Below the pieces are notes generated by a model. The model made no database searches and was not told the DNA's origin. It saw nothing but the letters and a program-made list of their open reading frames with translations. A stretch of 64,000 nt of DNA. Source: Eledone cirrhosa. Taxonomy: Eukaryota. The DNA is taken from the NCBI GenBank assembly GCA_964016885.1, contig OZ024742.1, forward strand, positions 10,912,001 through 10,976,000. Reading direction: 5' to 3'. The translations under genes and the position numbers were made by a program. Shown here in pieces: positions 13,401-29,000 of this stretch (positions are counted from its first letter, which is position 1; each line of letters begins with the position of its first letter).

Positions 13401-16400
13401 TAACAAGTTCTATTGGTATGACAGTTCTAAAGAGGAGTACTATCAGGTTGTAACAAGTTCTATTGGTATGACAGTTCTACAGAGGAGTACTATCAGGTTG
13501 TAACAAGTTCTATTGGTATGACAGTTCTACAGAGGAGTACTATCAGGTTGTAACAATTTCTATTGGTATGACAGTGCTACAGAGGATTACTATCAGGTTG
13601 TAACAGGTTCTATTGTTAAGACAGTGCTACAGAGGAGTACTATCAGGTTGTAACAAGTTCTATTGGTATGACAGTGCTACAGAGGAGTACTATCAGGTTG
13701 TAAAAAGTTCTATTGGTATGACAGTGCTACAGAGGAGTACTATCAGGTTGTAACAGTTTCTATTGGTATGACAGTGCTACAGAGGAGTACTATCAGGTTG
13801 TAACAATTTCTATTAGTATGACAGTGCTACAGAGGAGTACTATCAGGTTGTAACAGGTTCTATTGGTATGACAGTGCTACAGAGGAGTACTATCAGGTTG
13901 TAACAGGTTCTATTGGTATGACAGTGCTACAGAGGAGTACTATCAGGTTGTAACAAGTTCTATTGGTATGACAGTGCTACAGAGGAGTACTATCAGGTTG
14001 TAAAAAGTTCTATTGGTATGACAGTGCTACAGAGGAGTACTATCAGGTTGTAACAAGTTATATTGGTATGACAGTTCTACAGAGGAGTACTATCAGGTTG
14101 TAACAGTTTCTATTGGTATGACAGTGCTACAGAGGAGTGCTATCAGGTTGTAATAGGTTCTATTGGTATGACAGTGCTACAGAGGAGTACTATCAGGTTG
14201 TAACAGGTTCTATTGGTATGACAGTGCTACAGAGGAGTACTATCAGGTTGTAACAAGTTCTATTGGTATGACAGTTCTACAGAGGAGTACTATCAGGTTG
14301 TAACAAGTTCTATTGGTATGACAGTTCTACAGAGGAGTACTATCAGGTTGTAACAGTTTCTAATGGTATGACAGTGCTACAGAGGAGTACTATCAGGTTG
14401 TAACAGGTTCTATTGGTATGACAGTGCTACAGAGGAGTACTATCAGTTTGTAACAAGTTCTATTGGTATGACAGTTCTACAGAGGAGTACTATCAGGTTG
14501 TAACAAGTTCGATTGGTATGACAGTTCTACAGAGGAGTACTATCAGGTTGTAACAGTTTCTAATGGTATGACAGTGCTACAGAAGAGTACTATCAGGTTG
14601 TAACAGGTTCTATTGGTATGACAGTGCTACAGGGGAGTACTATCAGGTTGTAACAGGTTCTATTGGTATGACAGTGTTACAGAGGAGTACTTTCATGTTG
14701 TAACAAGTTCTATTGGTATGACAGTTCTAAAGAAGAGTACTATCAGGTTGTAACAAGTTCTATTGGTATGACAGTTCTACAGAGGAGTACTATCAGGTTG
14801 TAACAAGTTCTATTGGTATGACAGTTCTACAGAGGAGTACTATCAGGTTGTAACAATTTCTATTAGTATGACAGTGCTACAGAGGAGTACTATCAGGTTG
14901 TAACCAGTTCTATTGGTATGACAGTGCTACAGAGGAGTACTATTAGATTGTAACATGTTCTATTGGTATGACAGTTCTACAGAGGTGTACTATCAGGTTG
15001 TAACAGGTTCTATTGGTATGACAGTACTACAGAGGAGTACTATCAGGTTGTAACAGTTTCTATTGGTATGACAGTGCTACAGAGGAGTACTATCAGGTTG
15101 TAACAGTTTCTATTGGTATGACAGTGCTACAGAGGAGTACTATCAGGTTGTAACAGTTTCTATTGGTATGACAGTGCTACAGAGGAGTACTATCAGGTTG
15201 TAACAGTTTCTATTGGTATGACAGTGCTACAGAGGAGTACTATCTGGTTGTAACAGTTTCTATTGGTATGACAGTGCTACAGAGGAGTACTATCAGGTTG
15301 TAACAGGTTCTATTGGTATGACAGTGCTACAGAGGAGTACTATCAGGTTGTAACAAGTTCTATTGGTATGACAGTTCTAAAGAGGATTACTATCAGGTTG
15401 TAACAGGTTCTATTGTTAAGACAGTGCTACAGAGGAGTACTATCAGGTTGTAACAAGTTCTATTGGTATGACAGTGCTACAGAGGAGTACTATCAGGTTG
15501 TAAAAAGTTCTATTGGTATGACAGTGCTACAGAGGAGTACTATCAGGTTGTAACAAGTTCTATTGGTATGACAGTTCTACAGAGGAGTACTATCAGATTG
15601 TAAGAGTTTCTGTTGGTATGACAGTGCTACAGAGGAGTACTATCAGGTTGTAACAAGTTCGATTGGTATGACAGTTCTACAGAGGAGTACTATCAGGTTG
15701 TAACAGTTTCTATTGGTATGACAGTGCTACAGAGGAGTACTATCAGGTTGTAACAGGTTCTATGTGTATGACAGTGCTACAGAGGAGTACTATCAGGTTG
15801 TAACAGGTTCTATTGGTATGACAGTGCTACAGAGGAGTACTATCAGGTTGTAACAAGTTCTATTGGTATGACAGTGTTACAGAGGAGTACTATCAGGTTG
15901 TAACAGGTTCTATTGGTATGACAGTGCTACAGAGGAGTACTATCAGGTTGTAACAAGTTCTATTGGTATGACAGTGCTACAGAGGAGTACTATCATGTTG
16001 TAACAAGTTCTATTGGTATGACAGTGCTACAGAGGAGTACTATCAGGTTGTAACAAGTTCTATTGGTATGACAGTGCTACAGAGGAGTACTATCAGGTTG
16101 TAACAAGTTATATTGGTATGACAGTGCTACAGAGGAGTACTATCAGGTTGTAACAGGTTCTATTGGTATGACAGTGCTACAGAGGAGTACTATCAGGTTG
16201 TAACAAGTTCTATTGGTATGACAGTGCTACAGAGGAGTACTATCAGGTTGTAACAGGTTCTATTGGTATGACAGTGCTACAGAGGAGTACTATCAGGTTG
16301 TAACAGGTTCTATTGGTATGACAGTACTACAGAGGAGTACTATCAGGTTGTAACAGGTTCTATTGGTATGACAGTGCTACAGAGGAGTACTATCAGGTTG

Positions 16401-19400
16401 TAACAGTTTCTATTGGTATGACAGTGCTACAGAGGAGTACTATCAGGTTGTAACAGTTTCTATTGGTATGACAGTGCTACAGAGGAGTACTATCAGGTTG
16501 TAACAGTTTCTATTGGTATGACAGTGCTACAGAGGAGTACTATCAGGTTGTAACAGTTTCTATTGGTATGACAGTGCTACAGAGGAGTACTATCTGGTTG
16601 TAACAGTTTCTATTGGTATGACAGTGCTACAGAGGAGTACTATCAGGTTGTAACAAGTTCTATTGGTATGACAGTTCTACAGAGGAGTACTATCAGGTTG
16701 TAACAGTTTCTAATGGTATGACAGTGCTACAGAGGAGTACTATCAGGTTGTAACAGGTTCTATTGGTATGACAGTGCTACAGAGGAGTACTATCAGTTTG
16801 TAACAAGTTCTATTGGTATGACAGTTCTACAGAGGAGTACTATCAGGTTGTAACAAGTTCGATTGGTATGACAGTGCTACATAGGAGTACTATCAGGTTG
16901 TAACAGTTTCTAATGGTATGACAGTGCTACAGAAGAGTACTATCAGGTTGTAACAGGTTCTATTGGTATGACAGTGCTACAGGGGAGTACTATCAGGTTG
17001 TAACAGGTTCTATTGGTATGACAGTGTTACAGAGGAGTACTTTCATGTTGTAACAAGTTCTATTGGTATGACACTTCTAAAGAAGAGTACTATCAGGTTG
17101 TAACAAGTTCTATTGGTATGACAGTGCTACAGAGGAGTACTATCATGTTGTAACAGTTTCTATTGGTATGACAGTGCTACAGAGGAGTACTATCAGGTTG
17201 TAACAGGTTCTATTGGTATGACAGTGCTACAGAGGAGTACTATCAGGTTGTAACAGGTTCTATTGGTATGACAGTACTACAGAGGAGTACTATCAGGTTG
17301 TAACAGGTTCTATTGGTATGACAGTGCTACAGAGGAGTACTATCAGGTTGTAACAGTTTCTATTGGTATGACAGTGCTACAGAGGAGTACTATCAGGTTG
17401 TAACAGTTTCTATTGGTATGACAGTGCTACAGAGGAGTACTATCAGGTTGTAACAGTTTCTATTGGTATGACAGTGCTACAGAGGAGTACTATCTGGTTG
17501 TAACAGTTTCTATTGGTATGACAGTGCTACAGAGGAGTACTATCAGGTTGTAACAGGTTCTATTGGTATGACAGTGCTACAGAGGAGTACTATCAGGTTG
17601 TAACAAGTTCTATTGGTATGACAGTGCTACAGAGAAGTACTATCAAGTTGTAACAAGTTCTATTGGTATGACAGTGCTACAGAGGAGTACTATCAGGTTG
17701 TAACAAATTCTATTGGTATGACAGTGCTACAGAGGAGTACTATCAGGTTGTAACAGTTTCTATTGGTATGACAGTGCTACAGAGGAGTACTATCAGGTTG
17801 TAAGAATTTCTATTAGTATGACAGTGCTACAGAGGAGTACTATCAGGTTGTAACAGGTTCTATTGGTATGACAGTGCTACAGAGGAGTACTATCAGGTTG
17901 TAACAGGTTCTATTGGTATGACAGTGCTACAGAGGAGTACTATCAGGTTGTAACAAGTTCTATTGGTATGACAGTGCTACAGAGGAGTACTATCAGGTTG
18001 TAAAAAGTTCTATTGGTATGACAGTGCTACAGAGGAGTACTATCAGGTTGTAACAAGTTATATTGGTATGACAGTTCTACACAGGAGTACTATCAGGTTG
18101 TAACAGTTTCTATTGGTATGACAGTGCTACAGAGGAGTGCTATCAGGTTGTAATAGGTTCTATTGGTATGACAGTGCTACAGAGGAGTACTATCAGGTTG
18201 TAACAGGTTCTATTGGTATGACAGTGCTACAGAGGAGTACTATCAGGTTGTAACAAGTTCTATTGGTATGACAGTTCTACAGAGGAGTACTATCAGGTTG
18301 TAACAAGTTCTATTGGTATGACAGTTCTACAGAGGAGTACTATCAGGTTGTAACAGTTTCTAATGGTATGACAGTGCTACAGAGGAGTACTATCAGGTTG
18401 TAACAGGTTCTATTGGTATGACAGTGCTACAGAGGAGTACTATCAGTTTGTAACAAGTTCTATTGGTATGACAGTTCTACAGAGGAGTACTATCAGGTTG
18501 TAACAAGTTCGATTGGTATGACAGTTCTACAGAGGAGTACTATCAGGTTGTAACAGTTTCTAATGGTATGACAGTGCTACAGAAGAGTACTATCAGGTTG
18601 TAACAGGTTCTATTGGTATGACAGTGCTACAGGGGAGTACTATCAGGTTGTAACAGGTTCTATTGGTATGACAGTGTTACAGAGGAGTACTTTCATGTTG
18701 TAACAAGTTCTATTGGTATGACAGTTCTAAAGAAGAGTACTATCAGGTTGTAACAAGTTCTATTGGTATGACAGTTCTACAGAGGAGTACTATCAGGTTG
18801 TAACAAGTTCTATTGGTATGACAGTTCTACAGAGGAGTACTATCAGGTTGTAACAATTTCTATTAGTATGACAGTGCTACAGAGGAGTACTATCAGGTTG
18901 TAACAGGTTCTATTGGTATGAGTGCTACAGACGAGTACTATCAGGTTGTAACAGGTTCTATTGGTGTGACAGTGCTACAGAGGAGTACTATCAGGTTGTA
19001 ACCAGTTCTATTGGTATGACAGTGCTACAGAGGAGTACTATTAGATTGTAACATGTTCTATTGGTATGACAGTTCTACAGAGGTGTACTATCAGGTTGTA
19101 ACAGTTTCTATTGGTATGACAGTGCTACAGAGGAGTACTATCAGGCTGTAACAGGTTCTATTGGTATGACAGTGGTACAGAGGAGTACTATCAGGTTGTA
19201 ACAGGTTCTATTGGTATGACAGTGCTACAGAGGAGTACTATCAGGTTGTAACAAGTTCTATTGGTATGACAGTGCTACAGAGGAGTACTATCAAGTTGTA
19301 ACAGGTTCTATTGGTATGACAGTGCTACAGAGGAGTACTATCAGGTTGTAACAAGTTCTATTGATATGAAAGAGCTACAGAGGAGTACTATCAGGTTGTA

Positions 19401-22400
19401 ACAAGTTCCATTGATATGACAGTGTTACAGAGGAGTACTATCAGCTTGTAACAGGTTCTATTGGTATGACAGTCCTACAGATGAGTACTATCAGGTTCTA
19501 TTGGTATGACAGTGGTACAGAGGAGTACTATCAGGTTGTGACAGGTTCTATTGGTATGACAGTACTACTAAGGAGTACTATCAGGTTGTAACAGTTTCTA
19601 TTGGTATGACAGTGCTACAGATGAGTACTATCAGGTTGTAACAGGTTCTATTGGTATGACAGTGCTACAGAGGTGTACTATCAGGTTGTAACAGGTTCTA
19701 TTGGTATGACAGTTCTACAGAGGAGTACTATCAGGTTGTAACAGTTTCTAATGGTATGACAGTGCTACAGAGGAGTACTATCAGGTTGTAACAGTTTCTA
19801 TTGGTATGACAGTGCTACAGAGGAGTACTATCAGGTTGTAACAGGTTCTATTGGTATGACAGTGCTACAGAGGAGTACTATCAGGTTGTAACAAGTTATA
19901 TTGGTATGACAGTGCTACAGAGGAGTACTATCAGGTTGTAACAAGTTCTATTGGTATGACAGTTCTAAAGAGGAGTACTATCAGGTTGTAACAAGTTCTA
20001 TTGGTATGACAGTTCTACAGAGGAGTACTATCAGGTTGTAACAAGTTCTATTGGTATGACAGTTCTACAGAGGAGTACTATCAGGTTGTAACAATTTCTA
20101 TTGGTATGACAGTGCTACAGAGGATTACTATCAGGTTGTAACAGGTTCTATTGTTAAGACAGTGCTACAGAGGAGTACTATCAGGTTGTAACAAGTTCTA
20201 TTGGTATGACAGTGCTACAGAGGAGTACTATCAGGTTGTAAAAAGTTCTATTGGTATGACAGTGCTACAGAGGAGTACTATCAGGTTGTAACAAGTTCTA
20301 TTGGTATGACAGTTCTACAGAGGAGTACTATCAGATTGTAAGAGTTTCTGTTGGTATGACAGTGCTACAGAGGAGTACTATCAGGTTGTAACAAGTTCGA
20401 TTGGTATGACAGTTCTACAGAGGAGTACTATCAGGTTGTAACAGTTTCTATTGGTATGACAGTGCTACAGAGGAGTACTATCAGGTTGTAACAGGTTCTA
20501 TGTGTATGACAGTGCTACAGAGGAGTACTATCAGGTTGTAACAAGTCTTTTGGTATGACAGTTCTACAGAGGAGTACTATCAGATTGTAACAAGTTCTAT
20601 TGGTATGACAGTTCTAAAGAGGAGTACTAACAGGTTGTAACATGTTCTATTGGTATGACAGTTCTACAGAGGAGTACTATCAGGTTGTAACAGTTTCTAT
20701 TGGTATGACAGTGCTACAGAGGAGTACTATCAGGTTGTAACAGGTTCTATTGGTATGACAGTGCTACAGATGAGTACTATCAGATTGTAACAGGTTCTAT
20801 TGGTATGACAGTGGTACAGAGGAGTACTATCAGGTTGTAACAGGTTCTATTGGTATGACAATGCTACAGAGGAGTACTATCAGGTTGTAACAGGTTCTAT
20901 TGGTATGACAGTGCTACAGAGGAGCACTATCAGGTTGTAACAGTTTCTATTGGTATGACAGTGCTACAGAGGAGTACTATCAGGTTGTAACATGTTCTAT
21001 TGGTATAACAGTTCTACAGAGGAGTACTATCAGTTTGTAACAGTCTATTTGTATGACAGTGCTACAGCGGAGTACTATCTGGTTGTAACAGGTTCTATTG
21101 GCATGACAGTGCTACAGAGGAGTACTATCAGGTTGTAACAGTTTCTATTGGTATGACAGTGCTACAGAGGAGTACTATCTGGTTGTAACAGGTTCTATTG
21201 GTATGACAGTTCTACAGAGGAGTACTATCAGGTTGTAACAGTTTCTAATGGTATAACAGTGCTACAGAGGAGTACTATCAGGTTGGAACAATTTCTATTA
21301 GTATGACAGTGCTACAGAGGAGTACTATCAGGTTGTAACAGGTTCTATTGGTATGACAGTGCTAAAGAGGAGTACTATCAGCTTGAAACAGGTTCTATTG
21401 GTATGACAGTGCTACAGAGGAGTACTATCAGGTTGTAACAAGTTCTATTGGTATGACAGTGCTACAGAGGAGTACTATCAGTTTGTAAAAAGTTCTATTG
21501 GTATGACAGTGCTACAGAGGAGTACTATCAGGTTGTAACAAGTTTTATTGGTATGACAGTTCTACAGAGGAGTACTATCAGGTTGTAACAGGTTCTATTG
21601 GTATGACAGTGCTACAGAGGAGTATTATCAGGTTGTAACAAGTTCTATTGGTATGACAGTTCTACAGAGGAGTACTATCAGGTTGTAACAAGTTCTATTG
21701 GTATGACAGTTCTACAGAGGAGTACTATCAGGTTGTAACAGTTTCTAATGGTATGACAGTGCTACAGAGGAGTACTATCAGGTTGTAACAGTTTCTATTG
21801 GTATGACAGTGCTACAGAGGAGTACTATCAGGTTGTAACAGGTTCTATTGGTATGACAGTGCTACAGATGAGTACTATCAGTTTGTAACAAGTTCTATTG
21901 GTATGACAGTTCTACAGAGGAGAACTATCAGGTTGTAACAAGTTCTATTGGTATGACAGTTCTACAGAGGAGTACTATCAGGTTGTAACAGTTTCTAATG
22001 GTATGACAGTGCTACAGAGGAGTACTATCAGGTTGTAACAAGTTCTATTGGTATGACAGTGCTACAGAGGAGTACTATCAGGTTGTAACAGGTTCTATTG
22101 GTATGACAGTGCTACAGGGGAGTACTATCAGGTTGTAACAGGTTCTATTGGTATAACAGTGCTACAGACGAGTACTATCAGGTTGTAACAAGTTCTATTG
22201 GTATGACAGTTCTAAAGAGGAGTACTATCAGGTTGTAACAAGTTCTATTGGTATGACAGTTCTACAGAGGAGTACTATCAGGTTGTAACAGTTTCTATTG
22301 GTATGACAGTGCTACAGAGGAGTACTATCAGGTTGTAACAAGTTCTATTGGTATAACACTTCTACAGAGGAGTACTCTCAGTTTGTAACAATCTATTTGT

Positions 22401-22946
22401 ATGACAGTGTTACAGAGGAGTACTATCAGGTTGTAACAGGTTCTATTGGCATGACAGTGCTACAGAGGAGTACAATGAGGTTGTAACAGTTTCTATTGGT
22501 ATGACAGTGCTACAGAGGAGTACTATCTGGTTGTAACAGATTCTATTGGTATGACAGTTCTACAGAGGAGTACTATCAGGTTGTAACAGTTTCTAATGGT
22601 ATAACAGTGCTACAGAGGAGTACTATCAGGTTGTAACAATTTCTATTAGTATGACAGTGCTACAGAGGAGTACTGTCAGGTTGTAACAGGTTCTATTGGT
22701 ATGACAGTGCTACAGAGGAGTACTATCAGGTTGTAACAGGTTCTATTGGTATGACAGTGCTACAGAGGAGTACTATCAGGTTGTAACAAGTTCTATTGGT
22801 ATGACAGTGCTACAGAGGAGTACTATCAGGTTGTAAAAAGTTCTATTGGTATGACAGTGCTACAGAGGAGTACTATCAGGTTGTAACAAGTTATATTGGT
22901 ATGACAGTTCTACAGAGGAGTACTATCAGATTGTAAGAGTTTCTGT

Positions 22947-23025
22947 TAGTACTCCTCTGTAGCACTGTCATACCAATAGAACTTGTTACAACCTGATAGT
23001 ACTCCTCTGTAGCACTCTCATACCA
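22947..23025 (-). repeat. 79-bp inversion (29+50) in satellite, copy 1
   Basis: TTCTGT|TAGTACTCC...CATACCA|TCAGG, with the same junctions as 838-866. Confidence 0.96.
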
Positions 23026-26000
23026 TCAGGTTGTAACAAGTTCTATTGGTATGACAGTTCTACAGAGGAGTACTATCAGGTTGTAACAGTTTCTATTGGT
23101 ATGACAGTGCTACAGAGGAGTACTATCAGGTTGTCACAGGTTCTATTGGTATGACAGTGCTACAGAGGAGTATTATCAGGTTGTAACAAGATCTATTGGT
23201 ATGACAGTTCTACAGAGGAGTACTATCAGGTTGTAACAAGTTCTATTGGTATGACAGTTCTACAGAGGAGTACTATCAGGTTGTAACAGTTTCTAATGGT
23301 ATGACAGTGCTACAGAGGAGTACTATCAGGTTGTAACAATTTCTATTAGTATGACAGTGCTACAGAGGAGTACTATCAGGTTGTAACAAGTTCTATTGGT
23401 ATGACAGTGCTACAGAGGAGTACTATCAGGTTGTAACAGGTTCTATTGGTATGACAGTGCTACAGAGGAGTACTATCAGGTTGTAACAAGTTCTATTGGT
23501 ATGACAGTGCTACAGAGGAGTACTATCAGGTTGTAAAAAGTTCTATTGGTATGACAGTGCTACAGAGGAGTACTATCAGGTTGTAACAGGTTCTATTGGT
23601 ATGACAGTGCTACAGAGGAGTACTATCAGGTTGTAACAGGTTCTATTGGTATGACAGTGCTACAGAGGAGTATTATCAGGTTGTAACAAGTTCTATTGGT
23701 ATGACAGTTGTACAGAGGATTACTATCAGGTTGTAACAAGTTCTATTGGTATGACAGTTCTAAAGGGGAGTACTATCAGGTTGTAACAAGTTCTATTGGT
23801 ATGACAGTTCTACAGAGGAGTACTATCAGGTTGTAGCAGTTTCTATTGCTATGACAGTGCTACAGAGGAGTACTATCAGGTTGTAACAAGTTCTATTGGT
23901 ATAACAGTTCTACAGAGGAGTACTATCAGTTTGTAACAGTCTATTTGTATGACAGTGCTACAGAGGAGTACTATCTGGTTGTAACAGGTTCTATTGGCAT
24001 GACAGTGCTACAGAGGAGTACTATCAGGTTGTAACAGTTTCTATTGGTATGACAGTGCTACAGAGGAGTACTATCTGGTTGTAACATGTTCTATTGGTAT
24101 GACAGTTCTACAGAGGAGTACTATCAGGTTGTAACAGTTTCTAATGGTATAACAGTGCTACAGAGGAGTACTATCAGGTTGTAACAATTTCTATTAGTAT
24201 GACAGTGCTACAGAGGTGTACTATCAGGTTGTAACAGGTTCTATTGGTATGACAGTTCTACAGAGGAGTACTATCAGGTTGTAACAGGTTCTATTGGTAT
24301 GACAGTGCTACAGAGGAGTACTATCAGGTTGTAACAAGTTCTATTGGTATGACAGTGCTACAGAGGAGTACTATCAGGTTGTAAAAAGTTCTATTGGTAT
24401 GACAGTGCTACAGAGGAGTACTATCAGGTTGTAACAAGTTATATTGGTATGACAGTTCTACAGAGGAGTACTATCAGATTGTAAGAGTTTCTGTTGGTAT
24501 GACAGTGCTACAGAGGAGTACTATCAGGTTGTAACAAGTTCTATTGGTATGACAGTGCTACAGAGGAGTACTATCAGGTTGTAACAGGTTCTATTGGTAT
24601 AACAGTGCTACAGAGGAGTATTATCAGGTTGTAACAAGTTCTATTGGTATGACAGTTCTACAGAGGAGTACTATCAGGTTGTAACAAGTTCTATTGGAAT
24701 GACAGTTCTACAGAGGTGTACTATCAGGTTGTAACAGTTTCTAATGGTATGACAGTGCTACAGAGGAGTACTATCAGGTTGTAACAGTTTCTATTGGTAT
24801 GACAGTGCTACAGAGGAGTACTATCAGGTTGTAACAGGTTCTATTGGTATGACAGTTCTACAGAGGAGTACTATCAGGTTGTAACAAGTTCTATTGGTAT
24901 GACAGTTCTACAGAGGAGTACTATCAGGTTGTAACAATTTCTATTAGTATGACAGTGCTACAGAGGGGTACTATCAGGTTGTTACAGGTTCTATTGGTAT
25001 GACTGCTACAGAGGAGTACTATCAGGTTGTAACAGGTTCTATTGGTATGACAGTGCTACAGAGGAGTACTATCAGGTTGTAACAAGTTCTATTGGTATGA
25101 CAGTGCTACAGAGGAGTACTATCAGGTTGTAACAAGTTCTATTGGTATGACAGTTCTACAGAGGAGTACTATCAGGTTGTAAGAGTTTCTGTTGGTATGA
25201 CAGCGCTACAGAGGAGTACTATCAGTTTGTAACAAGTTCTATTGGTATGACAGTTCTACAGAGGAGTACTATCAGGTTGTAACAGTTTCTATTGGTATGA
25301 CAGTGCTACAGAGGAGTACTATCAGGTTGTAACAGATTCTATTGGTATGACAGTGGTACAGCGGAGTACTATCAGGTTGTAACAGGTTCTATTGGTATGA
25401 CAGTGCTACAGAGGAGTACTATCAGGTTGTAACAGTTTCTATTGCTATGACAGTGCTACAGAGGTGTACTATCAGGTTGTAACAGGTTCTATTGGTATGA
25501 CAGTTCTACAGAGGAGGACTATCAGGTTGTAACAGTTTCTAATGGTATGACAGTGCTACAGAGGAGTACTAACAGGTTGTAACAGTTTCTATTGGTATGA
25601 CAGTGCTACAGGGGAGTACTATCAGGTTGTAACAGGTTATATTGGTATAACAGTGCTACAGAGGAGTACTATCAGGTTGTAACAATTTCTATTAGTATGA
25701 CAGTGCTACAGAGGTGTACTATCAGGTTGTAAAAAGTTCTATTGGTATGACAGAGCTACAGAGGAGTACTATCAGGTTGTAACAAGTTCTATTGGTATGA
25801 CAGTTCTACAGAGGAGTACTATCAGGTTGTAACAGTTTCTAATGGTATGACAGTGCTACAGAGGAGTACTATCAGGTTGTAACAAGTTCTATTGGTATGA
25901 CAGTTCTACAGAGGAGTACTATCAGGTTGTAAGAGTTTCTGTTGGTATGACAGTGCTACAGAGGAGTACTATCAGGTTGTAACAAGTTCGATTGGTATGA

Positions 26001-29000
26001 CAGTTCTACAGAGGAGTACTATCAGGTTGTAACAGTTTCTATTGGTATGACAGTGCTACAGAGGAGTACTATCAGGTTGTAACAGGTTCTATTGGTATGA
26101 CAGTGCTACAGATGAGTACTATCAGATTGTAACAGGTTCTATTGGTATGACAGTGGTACAGAGGAGTACTATCAGGTTGTAACAGGTTCTATTGGTATGA
26201 CAGTGCTACAGAGGAGTACTATCAGGTTGTAACAGGTTCTATTGGTATGACAGTGCTACAGAGGAGTACTATCAGGTTGTAACAGGTTCTATTGGTATGA
26301 CAGTGCTACAGAGGAGTGCTATCAGGTTGTAACTGTTTCTATTGGTATGACAGTGCTACAGAGGAGTACTATCAGGTTGTAACAAGTTCTATTGGTATAA
26401 CAGTTCTACAGAGAAGTACTATCAGTTTGTAACAGTCTATTTGTATGACAGTGCTACAGCGGAGTACTATCTGGTTGTAACAGGTTCTATTGGCATGACA
26501 GTGCTACAGAGGAGTACTATCAGGTTGTAACAGTTTCTATTGGTATGACAGTGCTACAGAGGAGTACTATCTGGTTGTAACAGGTTCTATTGGTATGACA
26601 GTTCTACAGAGGAGTACTATCAGGTTGTAACATTTTCTAATGGTATAACATTGCTACAGAGGAGTATTATCAGGTTGTAACAATTTCTATTAGTATGACA
26701 GTGCTACAGAGGAGTACTATCAGGTTGTAACAGGTTCTATTGGTATGACAGTGCTAAAGAGGAGTACTATCAGCTTGTAACAGGTTCTATTGGTATGACA
26801 GTGCTACAGAGGTGTACTATCAGGTTGTAACAAGTTCTATTGGTATGACAGTGCTACAGAGGAGTACTATCAGTTTGTAAAAAGTTCTATTGGTATGACA
26901 GTGCTACAGAGGAGTACTATCAGGTTGTAACAAGTTATATTGGTATGACAGTTCTACATAGGAGTACTATCAGGTTGTAACAGGTTCTATTGGTATGACA
27001 ATGCTACAGAGGAGTATTATCAGGTTGTAACAAGTTCTATTGGTATGACAGTTCTACAGAGGAGTACTATCAGGTTGTAACAAGTTCTATTGGTATGACA
27101 GTTCTACAGAAGAGTACTATCAGGTTGTAACAGTTTCTAATGGTATGACAGTGCTACAGAGGAGTACTATCAGGTTGTAACAGTTTCTATTGGTATGACA
27201 GTGCTACAGAGGAGTACTATCAGGTTGTAACAGGTTCTATTGGTATGACAGTGCTACAGATGAGTACTATCAGTTTGTAACAAGTTCTATTGGTATGACA
27301 GTTCTACAGAGGAGAACTATCAGGTTGTAACAAGTTCTATTGGTATGACAGTTCTACAGAGGAGTACTATCAGTTTGTAACAGTTTCTAATGGTATGACA
27401 GTGCTACAGAGGAGTACTATCAGGTTGTAACAAGTTCTATTGGTATGACAGTGCTACAGAGGAGTACTATCAGGTTGTAACAGGTTCTATTGGTATGACA
27501 GTGCTACAGGGGAGTACTATCAGGTTGTAACAGGTTCTATTGGTATGACAGTGCTACAGAGGAGTACTATCTGGTTGTAACAGGTTCTATTGGTATGACA
27601 GTTCTACAGAGGAGTACTATCAGGTTGTAACAATTTATATTAGTATGACAGTGCTACAGAGGAGTACTGTCAGGTTGTAACAGGTTCTATTGGTATGACA
27701 GTGCTACAGAGGAGTACTATCAGGTTGTAACAGGTTCTATTGGTATGACAGTGCTACAGAGGAGTACTATCAGGTTGTAACAAGTTCTATTGGTATGACA
27801 GTGCTACAGAGGAGTACTATCAGGTTGTAACAAGTTCTATTGGAATGACAGTTCTACAGAGGTGTACTATCAGGTTGTAACAGTTTCTAATGGTATGACA
27901 GTGCTACAGAGGAGTACTATCAGGTTGTAACAGTTTCTATTGGTATGACAGTGCTACAGAGGAGTACTATCAGGTTGTAACAGGTTCTATTGGTATGACA
28001 GTTCTACAGAGGAGTACTATCAGGTTGTAACAAGTTCTATTGGTATGACAGTTCTACAGAGGAGTACTATCAGGTTGTAACAATTTCTATTAGTATGACA
28101 GTGCTACAGAGGGGTACTATCAGGTTGTTACAGGTTCTATTGGTATGACTGCTACAGAGGAGTACTATCAGGTTGTAACAGGTTCTATTGGTATGACAGT
28201 GCTACAGAGGAGTACTATCAGGTTGTAACAAGTTCTATTGGTATGACAGTGCTACAGAGGAGTACTATCAGGTTGTAACAAGTTCTATTGGTATGACAGT
28301 TCTACAGAGGAGTACTATCAGGTTGTAAGAGTTTCTGTTGGTATGACAGCGCTACAGAGGAGTACTATCAGTTTGTAACAAGTTCTATTGGTATGACAGT
28401 TCTACAGAGGAGTACTATCAGGTTGTAACAGTTTCTATTGGTATGACAGTGCTACAGAGGAGTACTATCAGGTTGTAACAGATTCTATTGGTATGACAGT
28501 GGTACAGCGGAGTACTATCAGGTTGTAACAGGTTCTATTGGTATGACAGTGCTACAGAGGAGTACTATCAGGTTGTAACAGTTTCTATTGCTATGACAGT
28601 GCTACAGAGGTGTACTATCAGGTTGTAACAGGTTCTATTGGTATGACAGTTCTACAGAGGAGTACTATCAGGTTGTAACAGTTTCTAATGGTATGACAGT
28701 GCTACAGAGGAGTACTAGCAGGTTGTAACAGTTTCTATTGGTATGACAGTGCTACAGGGGAGTACTATCAGGTTGTAACAGGTTATATTGGTATAACAGT
28801 GCTACAGAGGAGTACTATCAGGTTGTAACAATTTCTATTAGTATGACAGTGCTACAGAGGTGTACTATCAGGTTGTAAAAAGTTCTATTGGTATGACAGA
28901 GCTACAGAGGAGTACTATCAGGTTGTAACAAGTTCTATTGGTATGACAGTTCTACAGAGGAGTACTATCAGGTTGTAACAGTTTCTAATGGTATGACAGT

